Below are positions 22,120 to 35,424 of a stretch of DNA of 64,000 bases, in pieces. The stretch is from Podarcis pityusensis (taxonomy: Eukaryota): NCBI GenBank assembly GCA_964106645.2, contig OZ067051.1; one strand, 5' to 3'. Under the pieces are notes generated by a model. It worked only from the letters and a program-made list of their open reading frames with translations. It ran no database searches and was not told the origin of the DNA. Position 1 is the first letter of the stretch. Each line of letters opens with the position of its first letter. The translations under genes and the position numbers were made by a program.

Positions 22120-22180
22120 TTTGAATTTCGTTGTTCTGTATGGGACAATGACAATAAAGATATCATATCATATCGTATCA
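22120..22180 (+). mobile_element. Short LINE 3' terminus, Rex1/Babar-like
   Basis: caatgacaataaag followed by (atatc)n tail; family assignment is from recalled motif only. Confidence 0.45.
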
Positions 22181-22185
22181 GTGAT

Positions 22186-22250
22186 GATAATTTTTATTTA
22201 TACCCCGCCCTCCCTGGCCACAACCGGGCTCAGAGCAGCTAACATCAAAC
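22186..22250 (-). mobile_element. L2 3' stem-loop/tail fragment related to the young L2
   Basis: Reverse complement gttagctgctctgagcccggttgtggccagggagggcggggtataaataaaaat aligns with 17948-18000. Confidence 0.8.
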
Positions 22251-23361
22251 GTTTAACACATTATGCATTTGGAGGGTTGGGAGAGGGCAAGCTGGTGAGA
22301 CTAGTGGGATACACTCCATCCTTGATGGCTAGAAAGGAGTGCCACGTAGAGAAACCTGAATTGTGAGTCCAAATCCACAAGTGAATAGCATGGGCATTCT
22401 GATTATTGGGATGGTGCAGAAGAAGAAGCTGAGTGGTAATGCCTTAAGCGAAGTGAAGGGCAGGGGCTCACAGCATAGGCTCCGCACTACACCAACATTG
22501 CTATGGTGTCTTCCCTAGAATAAGGTATGGAAAATGTTGACCAAAACACTCTAGCAGCTTTTCAAATTCTGTGCTGGTGAATAAAGATCTAATTTTTAAA
22601 ATCTGTTTTGTTGCTGAAAATTATATGATGCATACAGAAGACAAAGCCCTTTCCCCATCAACTGTGCTTGAGAAAGAAATCTATATGAAACCCAGATAAA
22701 TATTCCCTCCCTACTCATCTACCGATGCTACAGCTAAAATCACTAATCATAAATCTTTCAGCTACAGCAGGTTCAAGAAACGGGAGCACATGTTGTTTGC
22801 AGGTAATGATATTTGGACTATGTCTAAAATGGATCTGATTACTGAAGCATGAATTTACAGAGCATTCAGACTGAGATGGATGGAGAATTAGTTTGCATAT
22901 TTTACATGAAATGGTAAGAAGGCAGATCTGATCATGTTATAGAGTGCTAGTGTTCCCCAGACATGGAATGCTAAGGGTAGCACATTTTGTAAGATGCAGA
23001 ATGCCAGTCTTCAAATGCAAAATGTTAGATCTGTCTTTGAAAAATGTGATATTCTGTCAGGTACAACCATGGATGAATGTCAAATCAAATATAAAGCCCT
23101 CTGAAAAACATCCAGAGTTCTTGCTAGGCAGGTTGAAGCTGCCTTAAGAACCCAAATTGAAAAAGCACACATATAGCTCCAGGATAAAATATTCAAAATA
23201 TTGTGCTGCTTTCAGAAATTGATACCCCTCATAAAATATACCAAGTATCATAATTGTGCAACAAAAATGCCTTCCAACATGCAAATGAGTGGAATATAGA
23301 ATTACAGTCAAACGATTTTAACCACATGCAAAATCATGGAACCAGCTTTCCCCCTCCCAAT

Positions 23362-23562
23362 CAAGGCTGGTGTGAGACATTTTGGCCACTGAGATGAACC
23401 CCAAAATGGTGCCCCACCACCACCACAAGTGAAGAAGGGATGGGGGAAGAGCTACCTCAGGAACAAGCAGGGAATAAAGATCTACACTGGGATCTGCTGC
23501 AACTGTGCTTCCTGCCATCTGAGGCAGTTGCCTCACCTTGCCTCATGAGTGGGTCGGCCCTG
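23362..23562. mobile_element. hAT-type MITE
   Basis: Imperfect TIRs caaggctgg.../...tcggccctg; 8-bp TSD ctcccaat/ctcccaac. Confidence 0.75.
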
Positions 23563-26500
23563 CTCCCAACTGTACGTTCCCTACTTTGGATGACAGTTCT
23601 CTATGCCAATTCTGTCACAATATGGACATTAGTATAATGTACCTTTTCTTTTCTTTTTACTTACATGACCAACCTGTAACTGGAACTGGATGTGGAGAGT
23701 GGCAACCTGAGGAAGCTCTAGTTTGGGCCTGCCCATAGAAAACAAACCTAGAGTGAAAAACTAGGGTGCTGTCAGTAGTTCATAGGAACCTCCTCTCTGT
23801 GAGATTTTTGTGGGAGAGCTGTGAGTTTGTTTGGGCCCTGGGCGAGAGCCAGGTTTATCTGTCCACTGTAGGTCCTTGAATGCAGCTTCACATACAGTTA
23901 GATAAATTCTCTTTATAGGAAATCTGTTCACTTTGTAGAAGACCAACCATCAATGTTTGCAACTAGCCATTGCTGAAAATGCCACAAGTGATTAGAGACA
24001 GGAACAAAATCACAGAAATGTGCCACCAAATAAATATCAGGCAGAACCAGTGATCTCTAAAGGGGAAACTTGGGATGGCTTCCTGTGCTGCAATTCACTT
24101 TGAAAGTTAAAAAAAAACCACACACACACTTTTGAACTTGTTGTATTCCCCTGCCTCATCCCATCATTATTTCAACACTTGCTGTTCACAGGGAAACAGG
24201 TGCTATCTTGTCTAACGAGCCTCTCTTCCTTTTACCATCCTGGAGTTACTCACTGTGTATTGTTACAGCTGACAAGGGCTCTTTTTTCCTTTTTGGTTAC
24301 CTGGAAACCGGGTCATGCTGATATAGCTGGAGTGCTCCCTGAATAACCTGATGTTTTGGGAGAGGGCAAAGGAGCAGGGGAATTGTTACATGTTCCACAG
24401 CTTCCCTCCAAGGAATTGCAATGAATTAACAATGGCCTGAATCCAGATCCCAACTAGAAGAATTTAGCCTGCAACCCTGCAGAGTGCTCAAAGTGTGAAG
24501 TGAGCCTCCCGAATGTGGAGCAGGCCATTCTGCCGAGAAGCAGAAATCTCTGATTTTCGGCATAATTTGGTAATTTTAGGTCAGAATATCAAGTAATTTC
24601 TTGCCGCTATTTCCTACCCGTGCTGCCCCCCAATCGCTCCTTATGCTTTGAAATTTACTCACTCACTCATTCGTGTTAATTTGTTGTCTTTTAAGCACCA
24701 GGTTTTTCTCCTGTTCTCCTGTCCTATACCTTGCATCTAAGATCCTTTTGAATGCTGTTTTAATTTTTAAATATTGCATTTTTATTTGGGTTTTCCTTAT
24801 TTTCTTTTGGAAGTCACCTTAACAGCTTTGTAAGTCCAAACGAATGCTGTAAATTCTCGCTCTTTCTCTCTCATTTCATGGAAATAACCATTCCTGTAAT
24901 CTGAGGATTGTGTTGTGTTATATTATACCAAAGAAGAATCCAATCCTGCTACATTGTTTACTGTCTGATGAGGTGCTATCTGCTATGTCATGCATTTGAA
25001 AGGCATAATATTAGCTGGTTTTCTACAGATCAGGATATTGCAGGAGCATGAAATTTTAGCTGTTGCTAATTTTGATAACCCCATGAGTGAAGTAGTGAGG
25101 CCTAAGCAACTTTACGTATGTCATGAGGGAAATATCAGTATGTGTTAAATGCCTTGTTGGTACAGTAGTTTGAAAGTTATCCAGAAGGAGAAACAGAATA
25201 AAATTGGCTGCAGGAAACAACATTTGATATCCAACACGACAATAAAGTTCAATATTCAATTGTGAAGCATACACAAATCCCCAGAGCATATGAAAGCTAG
25301 ACAATTGCTTAAAAGTAAGTGTTTGCCTTCAAGTGTGTTTCAGTTCAGTTGAATAAGAAAATATCTCTTTCAGCACAGCTTACATAGATCTTGTATTGCA
25401 TTACCGATGGCTATTCGGAAACCCATGTTCCAAAACAAGTACTGAATTTTCTGGGCAAGCAGTATCTTGGGTGGGGGGGCAACTTTCAAGGGGGAACATG
25501 AGTGCAAAAAAAAAAAAATGTATGCAATCTAACATAACTATTAAAAATTATCAAAACTAAAAGTTTAAAATAAACCTTTTCCTTAGTCTCGCATTGTCCT
25601 TGTTCTAAAACCAGTAGTGGAGCAGTTCTTTTTTCTTTCTTTCTTTCTTTTTTTTTTTTGACAGAAAACATAAATGATGACATTTGAAACAGAATGATGA
25701 TGGTGGTGACACTGCAAGTCGAAGTTATGCTTGTCATTTCTGCCCCAGAAAATGATTGAATTTCCAGACAATGCTGCTTATTTATGCAGTCCTAGTTGTC
25801 CAATGTAAGTATAAAGCTTTATGCATATAAAAAGTCGATACCCCAGAGACCTCCTTGCTCTTCACAATGACACTTAGTAACATTTGTAATACAGTCTTCC
25901 CTGGTAACAGCTGAAAGAGGTGTTCTTCTAAATGATTTATTGCAGCAGCCAGCTCATGAGGTAACACTCAAAATACTGAGCTAGATCCACAAGTAAGCCA
26001 AGCCTTGAATGTTTAAAGCTAGTGATATACGAAAAACCTCTCTCCATCAAGTGTGCATGTGGAACAGACAGGAAGCACGGACCAGAGAACCATGTTATAA
26101 AGTGCCACAGGAGGAGGTGATGGAGGAGGGCTGGTCCTCAGGATTAAAGCCTTGATTCAGCTCCTTGAAAAAGCTGTTGGGGTGGGGAGAACGTAAGACG
26201 GATGTGTCTCAAAGAGAAAGCAACTTTGGACCTGTTCTTACGTATTATGTACCGAATAAGGACTATGTGACATTTCTGAGAATCAGTTAAGCCTTCCTGT
26301 TACATTTACCCAGTTAGGGTAATGTAATCCAAAGCATAGAGAACTTTAACACGGCCACTGAGGCTGAGAAGTCCCTAGCAATACGTTATCCCCATGAAAT
26401 ATAACAGCTGCCTCTTTCTCTAGTCATTATTTCAGGTATGGATAGTGCTGGTTTTGCTTCATGGTGAAACAGATTTTGTCCCCCCCCCCCCCCCCCGCTC

Positions 26501-27439
26501 CTGGACAGTTCTACCCTTATTATCCCATGCTGGAACCTTTTGTTTTCTGCTTCTATGTGATCAGCCCATACTGCAGTCCCACTGGATCCCATAAGTTGAA
26601 ACTCGGGGAGTTGTGCCCTTAGTTGCTCCCTGGGTGTGCTTCATGGCATGGCCATATCCTTCCTTCCTGGGTTTCAAGAAAGAGTTGTGTTCTCAACAAC
26701 TGAGGTGGAGATCTCTTCACCATCCCTTCCCAACAGATGGGCAGCACCAAAAAAGAAACAAAAAGTCTTGTAAATAAATATCTGATCTAAGAAAAATTGC
26801 CCCCAAAGGCCATTTTGATGGAACACATAACCAAGGAAGTTAAACTGGGCTACTAAATTAATTAAGTAAATTGATTGTAAAAATTTAAAGCCCTACACAA
26901 CACAGAATAAGTGCTGTGGGAGGTAAGTTACTGAAGTCAGTTTTAGCCCTTCAACCATGAGGTACTTGTAAACTGCCTCATAAACTCCATCAATAATGAT
27001 GTACAAAGAAAACAGAAATGCCCTATGCAGACTAAAGACTCCAAGCAATAAATGGCTAAGGGCACCAAGTGATTTTGTTTTTTTTTCCCCTTTGTAGAGA
27101 AAACCTATAGCTTCATTCATTCACAATATTTTTCTTTGTGCATGTTATATATTTGCATTAAGTAAATAGAGTGATTTCCCCCCTCTATATATTTTTCTTT
27201 AAGTACAAGATTGTAAATCTCCTTTAGTACTTAGGGGATCTCAGGCCTGTTTTAAATAAGTGACTAAATTTCAAGAACACACTTCACAACCAGCCCCCAG
27301 ATATATTACATGATAAAACAACAGCAACAAAAAATTTATTCCACCCTTTGTTAAAGGAGTTTGGAGCGAAGCATATGACTCGTTATCATCAGTACAACCT
27401 TGTGAAGTAGGTAAAGCAGAGAGGGAAGGGAGACATATA

Positions 27440-27684
27440 CAGTGGTACCTCGGGTTACAGATGCTTCAGGTTACAGACGCTTCAAGTTACAGACTCCACT
27501 AACCCAGAAATAGTACCTCGGGTTAAGAACTTTGCTTCAGGATGAGAACAGAAATCGTGCTCCGGCGGCGGCATGGCGGCAGTGGGAGGCCCCATTAGCT
27601 AAAGTGGTGCTTCAGGTTAAGAACAGTTTCAGGTTAAGAACGGACCTCCAGAATGAATTAAGTTCTTAACCCGAGATACCACTG
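27440..27684. mobile_element. Tc1/mariner-type MITE, family A copy 2
   Basis: TA-cagtggtacctcgggtta...taacccgagataccactg-TA. Confidence 0.93.
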
Positions 27685-28117
27685 TATAGGCCAACTTCAC
27701 CCAGTGTACTTCAGGGATCTCCCCAGTCCAAGCCAGACACCCTAGCCACTATACCATGTAAATCTCATCTCCCGAGATGCCTACATTGGTGCTGAAGGGG
27801 CATTCATAGGTTCAGATCTGAACTGCAGTCTGAGTATCACTGAAATTTCAAAAAGAACAAGGAAAGCAGGGAATAGCCCAATACTCCAGGAATTCATTAC
27901 CCCACCCTTTCCAGCTATCCTAAATTTGCCTCCGTAAGCTACATTGTGTTATCTCAACTTTCCAGCAAATCCCAAATCAGGGAACTGGAGAGGTGTACAG
28001 TAGATTCCTAGGGTCTGCATCTCAGAGGCAGAAGGAGCTCGGGACATTGGGCTGCCTGGAAGAGAAACTTCAAAAGATATTCTGATCATCATTGTACAAA
28101 TAATGCCTTACCATGTA

Positions 28118-28467
28118 AAGGTGAAGGGACCCCTGACCATTAGGTCCAGTCGCGGACGACTCTGGGGTTGCGGCGCTCATCTTGCTTTATTGGCCAAGGG
28201 AGCCGGCATACAGCTTCCGGGTCATGTGGCCAGCATGACTAAGCCGCTTCTGATGAACCAGAGCAGCGCACGGAAATGCCGTTTACCTTCCCGCTGGAGC
28301 AATACCTATTTATCTACTTGCACTTTGACGTGCTTTCGAACTGCTAGGTTGGCAGGAGCTGGGACCGAGCAACGGGAGCTCACCCCGTCACGGGGATTCG
28401 AACCGCCGACCTTCTGATCAGCAAGTCCTAGGCTCTGTGGTTTAACCCACAGTGCCACCCATGTCCC
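28118..28467 (-). mobile_element. Sauria SINE
   Basis: Reverse complement of the 18892 element, B box present; 14-bp TSD tgccttaccatgta/tgccttactatgta. Confidence 0.95.
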
Positions 28468-29585
28468 GTGCCTTACTATGTAGCAGTGCATTATTTCTAT
28501 GCAAGAAGGTGCCTGTATATACCATGCCCCCCCCATCCCCTCCACCATCCCAATCACCAAAGCGCATTCCAGGAACTTGCCTGACAATTGTAAAAGGATC
28601 ATGCCAAAGTAACTCCGTCATGGGAAGAAGCAGCAGTGGCAGACAAATGTGTGGCGCAGGGGCGAGAGAGCTGGTGGCATAGCATATTGGTGTAAACCAC
28701 CTCAAAAAAGTGCTGCCATGTAGAAAGATGAAGCAGGCATCTTTAGGTGACAGAATTTAGGGGAAATAAATGAATGCAAGAATTAATGTCTCCATGGCAC
28801 AATGAGACCTTAGCTTGGGGAAAAGGCATGGTGCTCCACTTCAAGATCAAAATGTATTGTACGAGCACTGCTACAAACCTAATAATTGTTGCTGGCTATT
28901 TGCTGACCCTTATAAGTACCTTCAAACATGCTGACTGAGGCAGGCTGCCTATCTCTCTTTAACAGTAAGGTTAGCCCGACTTGGAGGTAGAATTGGCTTC
29001 GCTGAGATCCAAGATGTCTTTCGAGGGAGTTCCTTGTTCAACTCCATGCTAGAATGGACACCCTTAATCATAAATAATGTCCTGTACTGGAGGTGTGAGA
29101 TTTGTAATATCATTTGTGACAACATTGCAGCTTCAGGGTAGGAAGCCAGTGACAGGTTCACTCTTCGGGAAAGAAGAATAAAGACAAAGGACAAGTTAAT
29201 TAAAACTGCTGTCTCCCTGAGAAACTTTCAATGGGAAATACTTCCTCTTATGAACCTGGGAAAGGATGAGAGCCAGGCCAAAAATAAACAGGGATTATCT
29301 TGAACATGGCAATGACCCCAATTGGTGCATTTATTGATGGCAGAAAGGGAAGTATGCATACTGGCTCCTATCTCAACCAAGACACACACAAGAAGGAGTT
29401 CCAGAGAAAATTTATGTCATTCCCAATAACCATACACATTCAGCCCCAAAGACTTTAAGCAAACTAGAGACTGCTTTGCATTACCTTTTACTGTAAAATA
29501 TACCAGCCTCCATGATAAAAAAATGTGTGGGATTGTATCTAATCATGGTTTTCTACTTAGTGGAAAGTGTTCATAAAATGAGGTA

Positions 29586-29765
29586 TAGTGGTACCTCGGT
29601 TTCCAAACGTAATCCATTCTGGAAGTCCGTTCGAGTTCCGAAACATTCAAAAACTGAAAACTGAAAGCGGAAGCCTCAGTGCGGAAGCCTCAATACGGAA
29701 AACTCAGAATGGAAGCCATGTTTCCTGTTCAACTTCCGAGGCATGTTTGAGGACTGAGGCACTTC
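29586..29765. mobile_element. Partial Tc1/mariner-type MITE with TIR related to family A but a different body
   Basis: TA followed by (t)agtggtacctcggtt; the right TIR is degraded. Confidence 0.55.
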
Positions 29766-30892
29766 ATTTTTTATATAGAAGTAGAAGAAACAGCCATCTA
29801 ATCCTAAGGACCCCTGCCAGTTTTCTTCTTTAACATGTGTGTCCCTTTTATATTCTGACCTCTTTGGTGTCCTTATTTCATATGGCAGATGTCCTTCTCA
29901 TTTGACCTTTTTTTCTTTTTACATTAAACTGTCTGATTAAGCCACGAGGTGTGGAATAATGAAACTATGGTCTATAAAATATTCTCATTACCCATTTTGT
30001 TTCCTTCTGCATTAAGTTTTGTTTTGTCTCTCATTTCCAAGATAATAAATCTTGTGACAGGATCATGGTGTCACTGATGCCATTAAGTTTTTTCAGCAAT
30101 GAAAGACACTGAACTTAAACTGCAAGCACAGCATGCGGTGGCAAAGGCAGTAAACTAGCTTTTATGACTGCTGCAAATAAATAAAAAAACCAGAAGAACC
30201 ATTAGTTTTAGCACTTGTTTCTATTTTAAGATACTTGGTTTGGGGCAAAATTATCTTTTTCACATAGGAACTATATTTACTTGCTGGACTAATAGCATCT
30301 TGCACGAAATACTAAGCTGGAAAAAATCCTATCCCAAGCAAGGCTGCCACTTCAGATAAGGGTGGGGAGATTCCAGGGGTTGGGTGGGAAGAGAAGATGC
30401 ACAGCAAGATTCAAATACTGACTTCAGACATGTTCGAAATTAAACTGCAAAAGGGCTCTCACCTGGTTAAAGAAATTCTAGCCAACTGATTCTACGAACT
30501 TTAGATGATTACTGAAGCTTCTTTAGATCTGCATATAATGCACAAAAGCTAATACATCTAAAGAAAAATATTATTTCTGGGTCAGGCTACTAAGAAGTAA
30601 GTCCTGTCTTATAGCCTGCTCAGTACAGCAAGAATGATGTTTTGCCTGGGTGGTGATGCAGGCTACTAGTTTTTCTTAGTTCTGGTAGCTCCTTCAAGAG
30701 ACAATGCAAGACCTGGCGATGGTGCCAACATGCAACAGATTCTACCTCTGGACCTAATCCATTCTCCTGAGTTAGCCATCCAAGGAGAATAGAGTGGGGG
30801 CGGGAAAGTCAGGCTCCAAGATAGAGCAGGAGGGAGGGAGAGAAGTCAGTCTGATTAATCAATTAAATGGGGAAAAGGGAGAACACTCAAGG

Positions 30893-31029
30893 TAGGGTTG
30901 CCATACGTTCTCTCTTTTTCCAGGACACATCCTCTTTTTCATGGGTAAAGTTGTCGTAGCGATCCATAGTTAAAAGTAGAAGTCAGCAAATGTGTCTCCT
31001 TTTTTGCTCTTCAACATATGGCAACCCTA
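30893..31029. mobile_element. hAT-like MITE
   Basis: TIRs tagggttgccata...tatggcaacccta; TSD not convincing. Confidence 0.75.
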
Positions 31030-31459
31030 AACTAATTGTGTTGTGGGGCAGGGATTGATCTGAGCCTACTGGGCCCAGCATCCACATGCTTATAGATGCC
31101 ATGGGAGGCAGATTCAATCCTAAGCAGCATTGATGTCAGTGAGGCTCTTGGTAATAGGGCAACAGCAGTGTCAAAAGACATGGCTGCATACCTGGGAAAA
31201 TCTATCCTTCAGTACATCTGAATCTCAGGATGTTAATAGTCATCCAGGTTCCAATCAAACACAATTCACCCTGCTGCAAAGGGAGTAAATGGATGGTTTT
31301 ACTTTCTCATGACCTAAAACCAGATTCCTTTCTGTAACTAAAGATAAAGCACATTTCCACATCTCTTTCAGGTTCATTGATAAACAATGCCCTCTGTGCT
31401 CCTTCTGGAGTAGTTTTTCAACCTTTGGTCCTCACCCAGCACAGCTCTCACCTGTAATT

Positions 31460-31790
31460 CCTATGAGCTGCCAGCATGCAACAGTGGCCAAACCCCAGGA
31501 ATGGCTTTGAGTGGCTGGCTCATCAAACTGGGAAGGTAGCCCAACTAGGAGAAGGAAAATTCTGATCCTTCAGGAGACCAAAAGGCTCAGGAGTAAACTC
31601 TACACAAATCTGGAGCCCCGAAGATGGTTAGATGGCGCCTTGTAAGCCTCTTTCCAGCAACTCCTTCAGCCAAGCTGGTGCCAAACATCTTGTTCTGCGT
31701 TCCTTTGGACCACATCAGTAAGGCTGAGAGGGGTAGGTAATGTTTGGGCAGCCCAAGTCCTCAATGCACACTGCCCAGGTTTCCGGGAAG
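31460..31790 (+). mobile_element. Probable RTE-clade LINE 5' region
   Basis: aaggtagcccaactaggagaaggaaaattctga and cctttggaccacatcag resemble RTE 5' UTR motifs as I recall them; no ORF support. Confidence 0.4.
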
Positions 31791-33792
31791 ATCACTTCAG
31801 TGCTGCAAACACAGCGGTTTGACTTTGCCCTTGGTGGCATACTCAAAGGTCTTTCAAGACACACAGATGCAAACAGCAACAACATACACACAATTATCTG
31901 GCTTTACAATGAGCTTCCTTCTCAAACTCCTGACTCCCAAATCAACCTTAAGTTCTCTCCTTTCTCTCTCATCCCCTGAAGCCTCTCCTGTTAGCTACAG
32001 CCAAATCCTTCCAGACCCTTTTGCACCAAGGCTTCTTGCCAAACCCAATATATACTTCCCCTGCACCTTTTGTCCAACCTCTTCTCAAGCTCTTTTAAAT
32101 TATACTCCAGTAGTATGGGGATTAATGGCAGGACAACAAAAGTGGGTTTTATTAGCTTTTATAGTCACCAAGGGACTTGTACTCACATGGAAGGACAAAC
32201 ACTCCCCCCCCCCCATCTATTACGCAATGGTCTGAGGACTTCACTGCCCTGGCTATGTTTTAACACATTTTTATTAGCATCATCTTTGTGTGAATACCTA
32301 TTCAGACATTTGGGTGGAATATATCAATTTTTATGTTTAAACTAAAATGGATGTATTGATAGCTATTGCATTTTTAATGTGAACTGGGTTTTCTCTCTCT
32401 TCTCACCTTTTCTTTCTTTGTCCCTCTCTCTCTCTCTGTGTGTGTGTGTGTTACATGTGAAAAAGAGACAGGAGATAGATGTCAAATAGTTTATTACATG
32501 AATTTGCATGGCTCCTGGCATTTCATTCTGAAAAAACTGTCACTGTGAGATGGCTGTCATCTGCCTCTTCTAGAACTGAAAGTACTTTTTTGATATAACA
32601 CTCTGCTCTTCAAGATCAACCAATTTAAACTGGGGTAGTTAGATGCATGATGGGTCATCAGCATAAACAAAACACACTTCACAAAAGCAATGCTGTCTGC
32701 TGCTAATTATGTGCACTACCTAAAACCAACATGGCATTATTATTTAATTAGTTACTGCTTTTGCTTCCATAAGGTTCCTGGGCCTAATTTGTAACTGTTA
32801 CTCGATCATGCCTTTCTGTAGCCAAAATTGATATCCGTTTGACAGGCTCTTTCTGAACTTTACTTCCGGATTTAAGTGTTACAAACTTAAACTATATGTG
32901 TTCATGCACACACCTACACTCTCCAAGCCACTGGTGAGTAAGTGCCCATTACAAAATGTGGAAATAGTACAAGTACCTATAAACACAAATTTGTAGCAAA
33001 TCTCAGCTCCTGCAAGGGCAAACACCAGGAAAGCAGGGACAAAACATAGCACTAATAATAACACTAATAAATATCAATAAGAGATTAACAACAACATCTA
33101 GATACTGCTGTGGGTGGTGCTCTTTGCAGTCCATGGCAGACATCTTTAGAAAATTGCAACAATTTTTTTTGAGCTGCTATTATTTTTGAGCTGCAAAGTT
33201 CTGTACTTTGAGGTCACCATCTAGCCTGCAGTATTAGCATGCCTGAGCATTGTCAGCTGATCCCAAGGGCCAATCCTGATCCACCAAATGTTGGTCTCAG
33301 AGCATGGGTCTTAATCTGAGGAACTCCTCTCTTAACATTTACTTATCTACTGCTATCTTTTACTGAATGATGTTTTAGATCTTGACCTCTGCCAGTTCTG
33401 AGTAGATACTACTGGCCCTCCTGATCCTCCTGATCCTCTTGCTACCTTCAAACTTGCCCGCTTTGGAATCTGATCCCTGCCAGTTTGAGACCATGGCCCT
33501 TCCTCTGATCTACTTCTACTGACAGAACAATGATCAGAACAACCAAGAAGCCACCTCTAGCCTGGAAAAAAGAAGAGGGAAATTTCAGGTGCTTGAATAA
33601 AAGTTTAATGCAAGTCTAATGCATTACATAGTAATCCTTCACCAAGGACATTTTTAAAGTATCAATTCTCATTATAGTGATAAGTGGCACTTAAAATTAC
33701 CCCTAAATGATTATTCCAAAACGTGTGGATCCTTTATTCAATTTTATTCAACTTATTCAAATACCTGCAATTTCCTCCTCTTTTCTTCACTT

Positions 33793-34097
33793 GGGCACCA
33801 TCTGTACTATAAATTTAAAGCAGTATCATAGCTTTATCCCAAAGAATTCTGAGGCCTGTAGTTTGTCAAGGGCTTTGAAAAGAGACCCCCTCCTACCCTC
33901 AAAGAGCTACAATCCACCAGAAGACCAATTGATTGTTAAATCACTTTGTGAATTGTAGCTCGGGGGGGGGGGGCTTGGGTTCTCCAAACAACTCTCAGCA
34001 TCCTTAACAAACTACAGTTCCCTAGATTCTTTGAGGGAGGCCACGGCTGTTTAAAGTTGTATCATACTGCTTTAAATGTATAGTGCAGATGAGGCCT
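33793..34097. mobile_element. Palindromic MITE (PIF/Harbinger-like)
   Basis: Long inverted termini ggcaccatctgtactataaatttaaagcagtat / atactgctttaaatgtatagtgcagatgaggcc, with further internal inverted symmetry. Confidence 0.8.
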
Positions 34098-35380
34098 GGG
34101 ATTCAGCCAGCACCCAGACTTCTCAGGTGCTAGAACCCGACAACTTATAGTATACCCTAGTTGTAGTGTGGTCTGGCATGTTCCTATCCTTTCAAGAAAT
34201 CATACACCACTCATTTCATTTAGAAATGGATAATGTATGCATGTGATTCTTCCCAAGACAAGCTCAACATCATTTCACATCTAGTTAAGTCTGTTCGGGG
34301 CTTTTTTTAAAAAAGCCTTTGCAAGAGCTGTGGAATAGTTTAAAACCTTCTGCTCAATAAAAGGTAATAACAGATGTAGATTTCCTGTTATAAAGAATGA
34401 ATTCAATGCCACTGGGCCTAATAGCCTCACTTGGATATCTTTAGGTTGAAGGCCTTTCTACTGCTGTGCAGCCAATGTTCCAGAAACTGTAACTGGGTCT
34501 AGCCTGTGCGCCACACAGGGAGAAACAAAGGTAACAAAGTGTGAGTTACAGCACCGCTGGTCGCTGCTTCAACATACACACACCACCTTTCTCCCAGATA
34601 TATTGCTCTCACTTAAACATCAATTGAACAGGCCTAACAGAACGTTAAAGTGGTATGTGAATAATGATGACTCAAGCAAATTAAGTGTGCCTCTCTGAAT
34701 GTGAAGGGTCTTAATAACCCTATTAAAAAGAATATATATATATTCTATGGTAACAGAAATATGACATTCGTATGATCCAGAAGACATATGTGATTAAGTC
34801 ACAGAGCCAGTAAATTGAACACAAACTGGGTAGTTTCCTCATTCAATAGCATCTTCCACTCCAGGACTAGAGGCCAAGCGACCCCTGCACATAAAACCTT
34901 AAATGTTAGCACTAAATTAGATGATGGAGGCAGCTTTATTGGACTATAGGCTGAGATAAACAACTTTATAATTATTCTTGTTAATCTTAAAGAGCCAAAT
35001 GGAGATGACCCTAAGTTTTCTTCTGTGATTTGTTCCTGAGTATGAAGGAAATTGGAATAGTGTCCTCCCTTTGGCTGCTGTCCAGAGATATCAAGTGTAT
35101 GTTACCAATAGATCCTCATGTACAAACAAGGCTTTCTCACTCATATGTGGCCACAATGTAGGAAGGGGTGGGAGCCACCAGATATTTCAGTGGAAAATAG
35201 GCTGCAGCTTGATCTGTTAAAACCAACTTCATGTTATTACTTGGGTGAAGATTTTCATTCTACAGCGTGGCAGGACTGGGAGTGATAGGAACTGGAGGCT
35301 TCTTAAGAACTACAGCAATGGGAGTAGGTTTTGAAAAGGACCACCATTTTTGGTCTGAAATGCTGCATATGAGTAAAATG

Positions 35381-35381
<1 letters not shown>

Positions 35382-35423
<42 letters not shown>
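35382..35423. repeat. (AAT)n microsatellite
   Basis: Direct reading. Confidence 0.95.

Positions 35424-35424
<1 letters not shown>

Noticed and set aside
27440-27684. Repeated gttacaga/gttaagaac units superficially resembling a spaced repeat array
   Set aside because: Subterminal repeats of a eukaryotic MITE; no unique spacers and no cas genes, so not CRISPR.
31744-32235. 163-aa ORF
   Set aside because: Non-ATG start, low-complexity S/P/L composition, begins in a probable repeat; no known domain.
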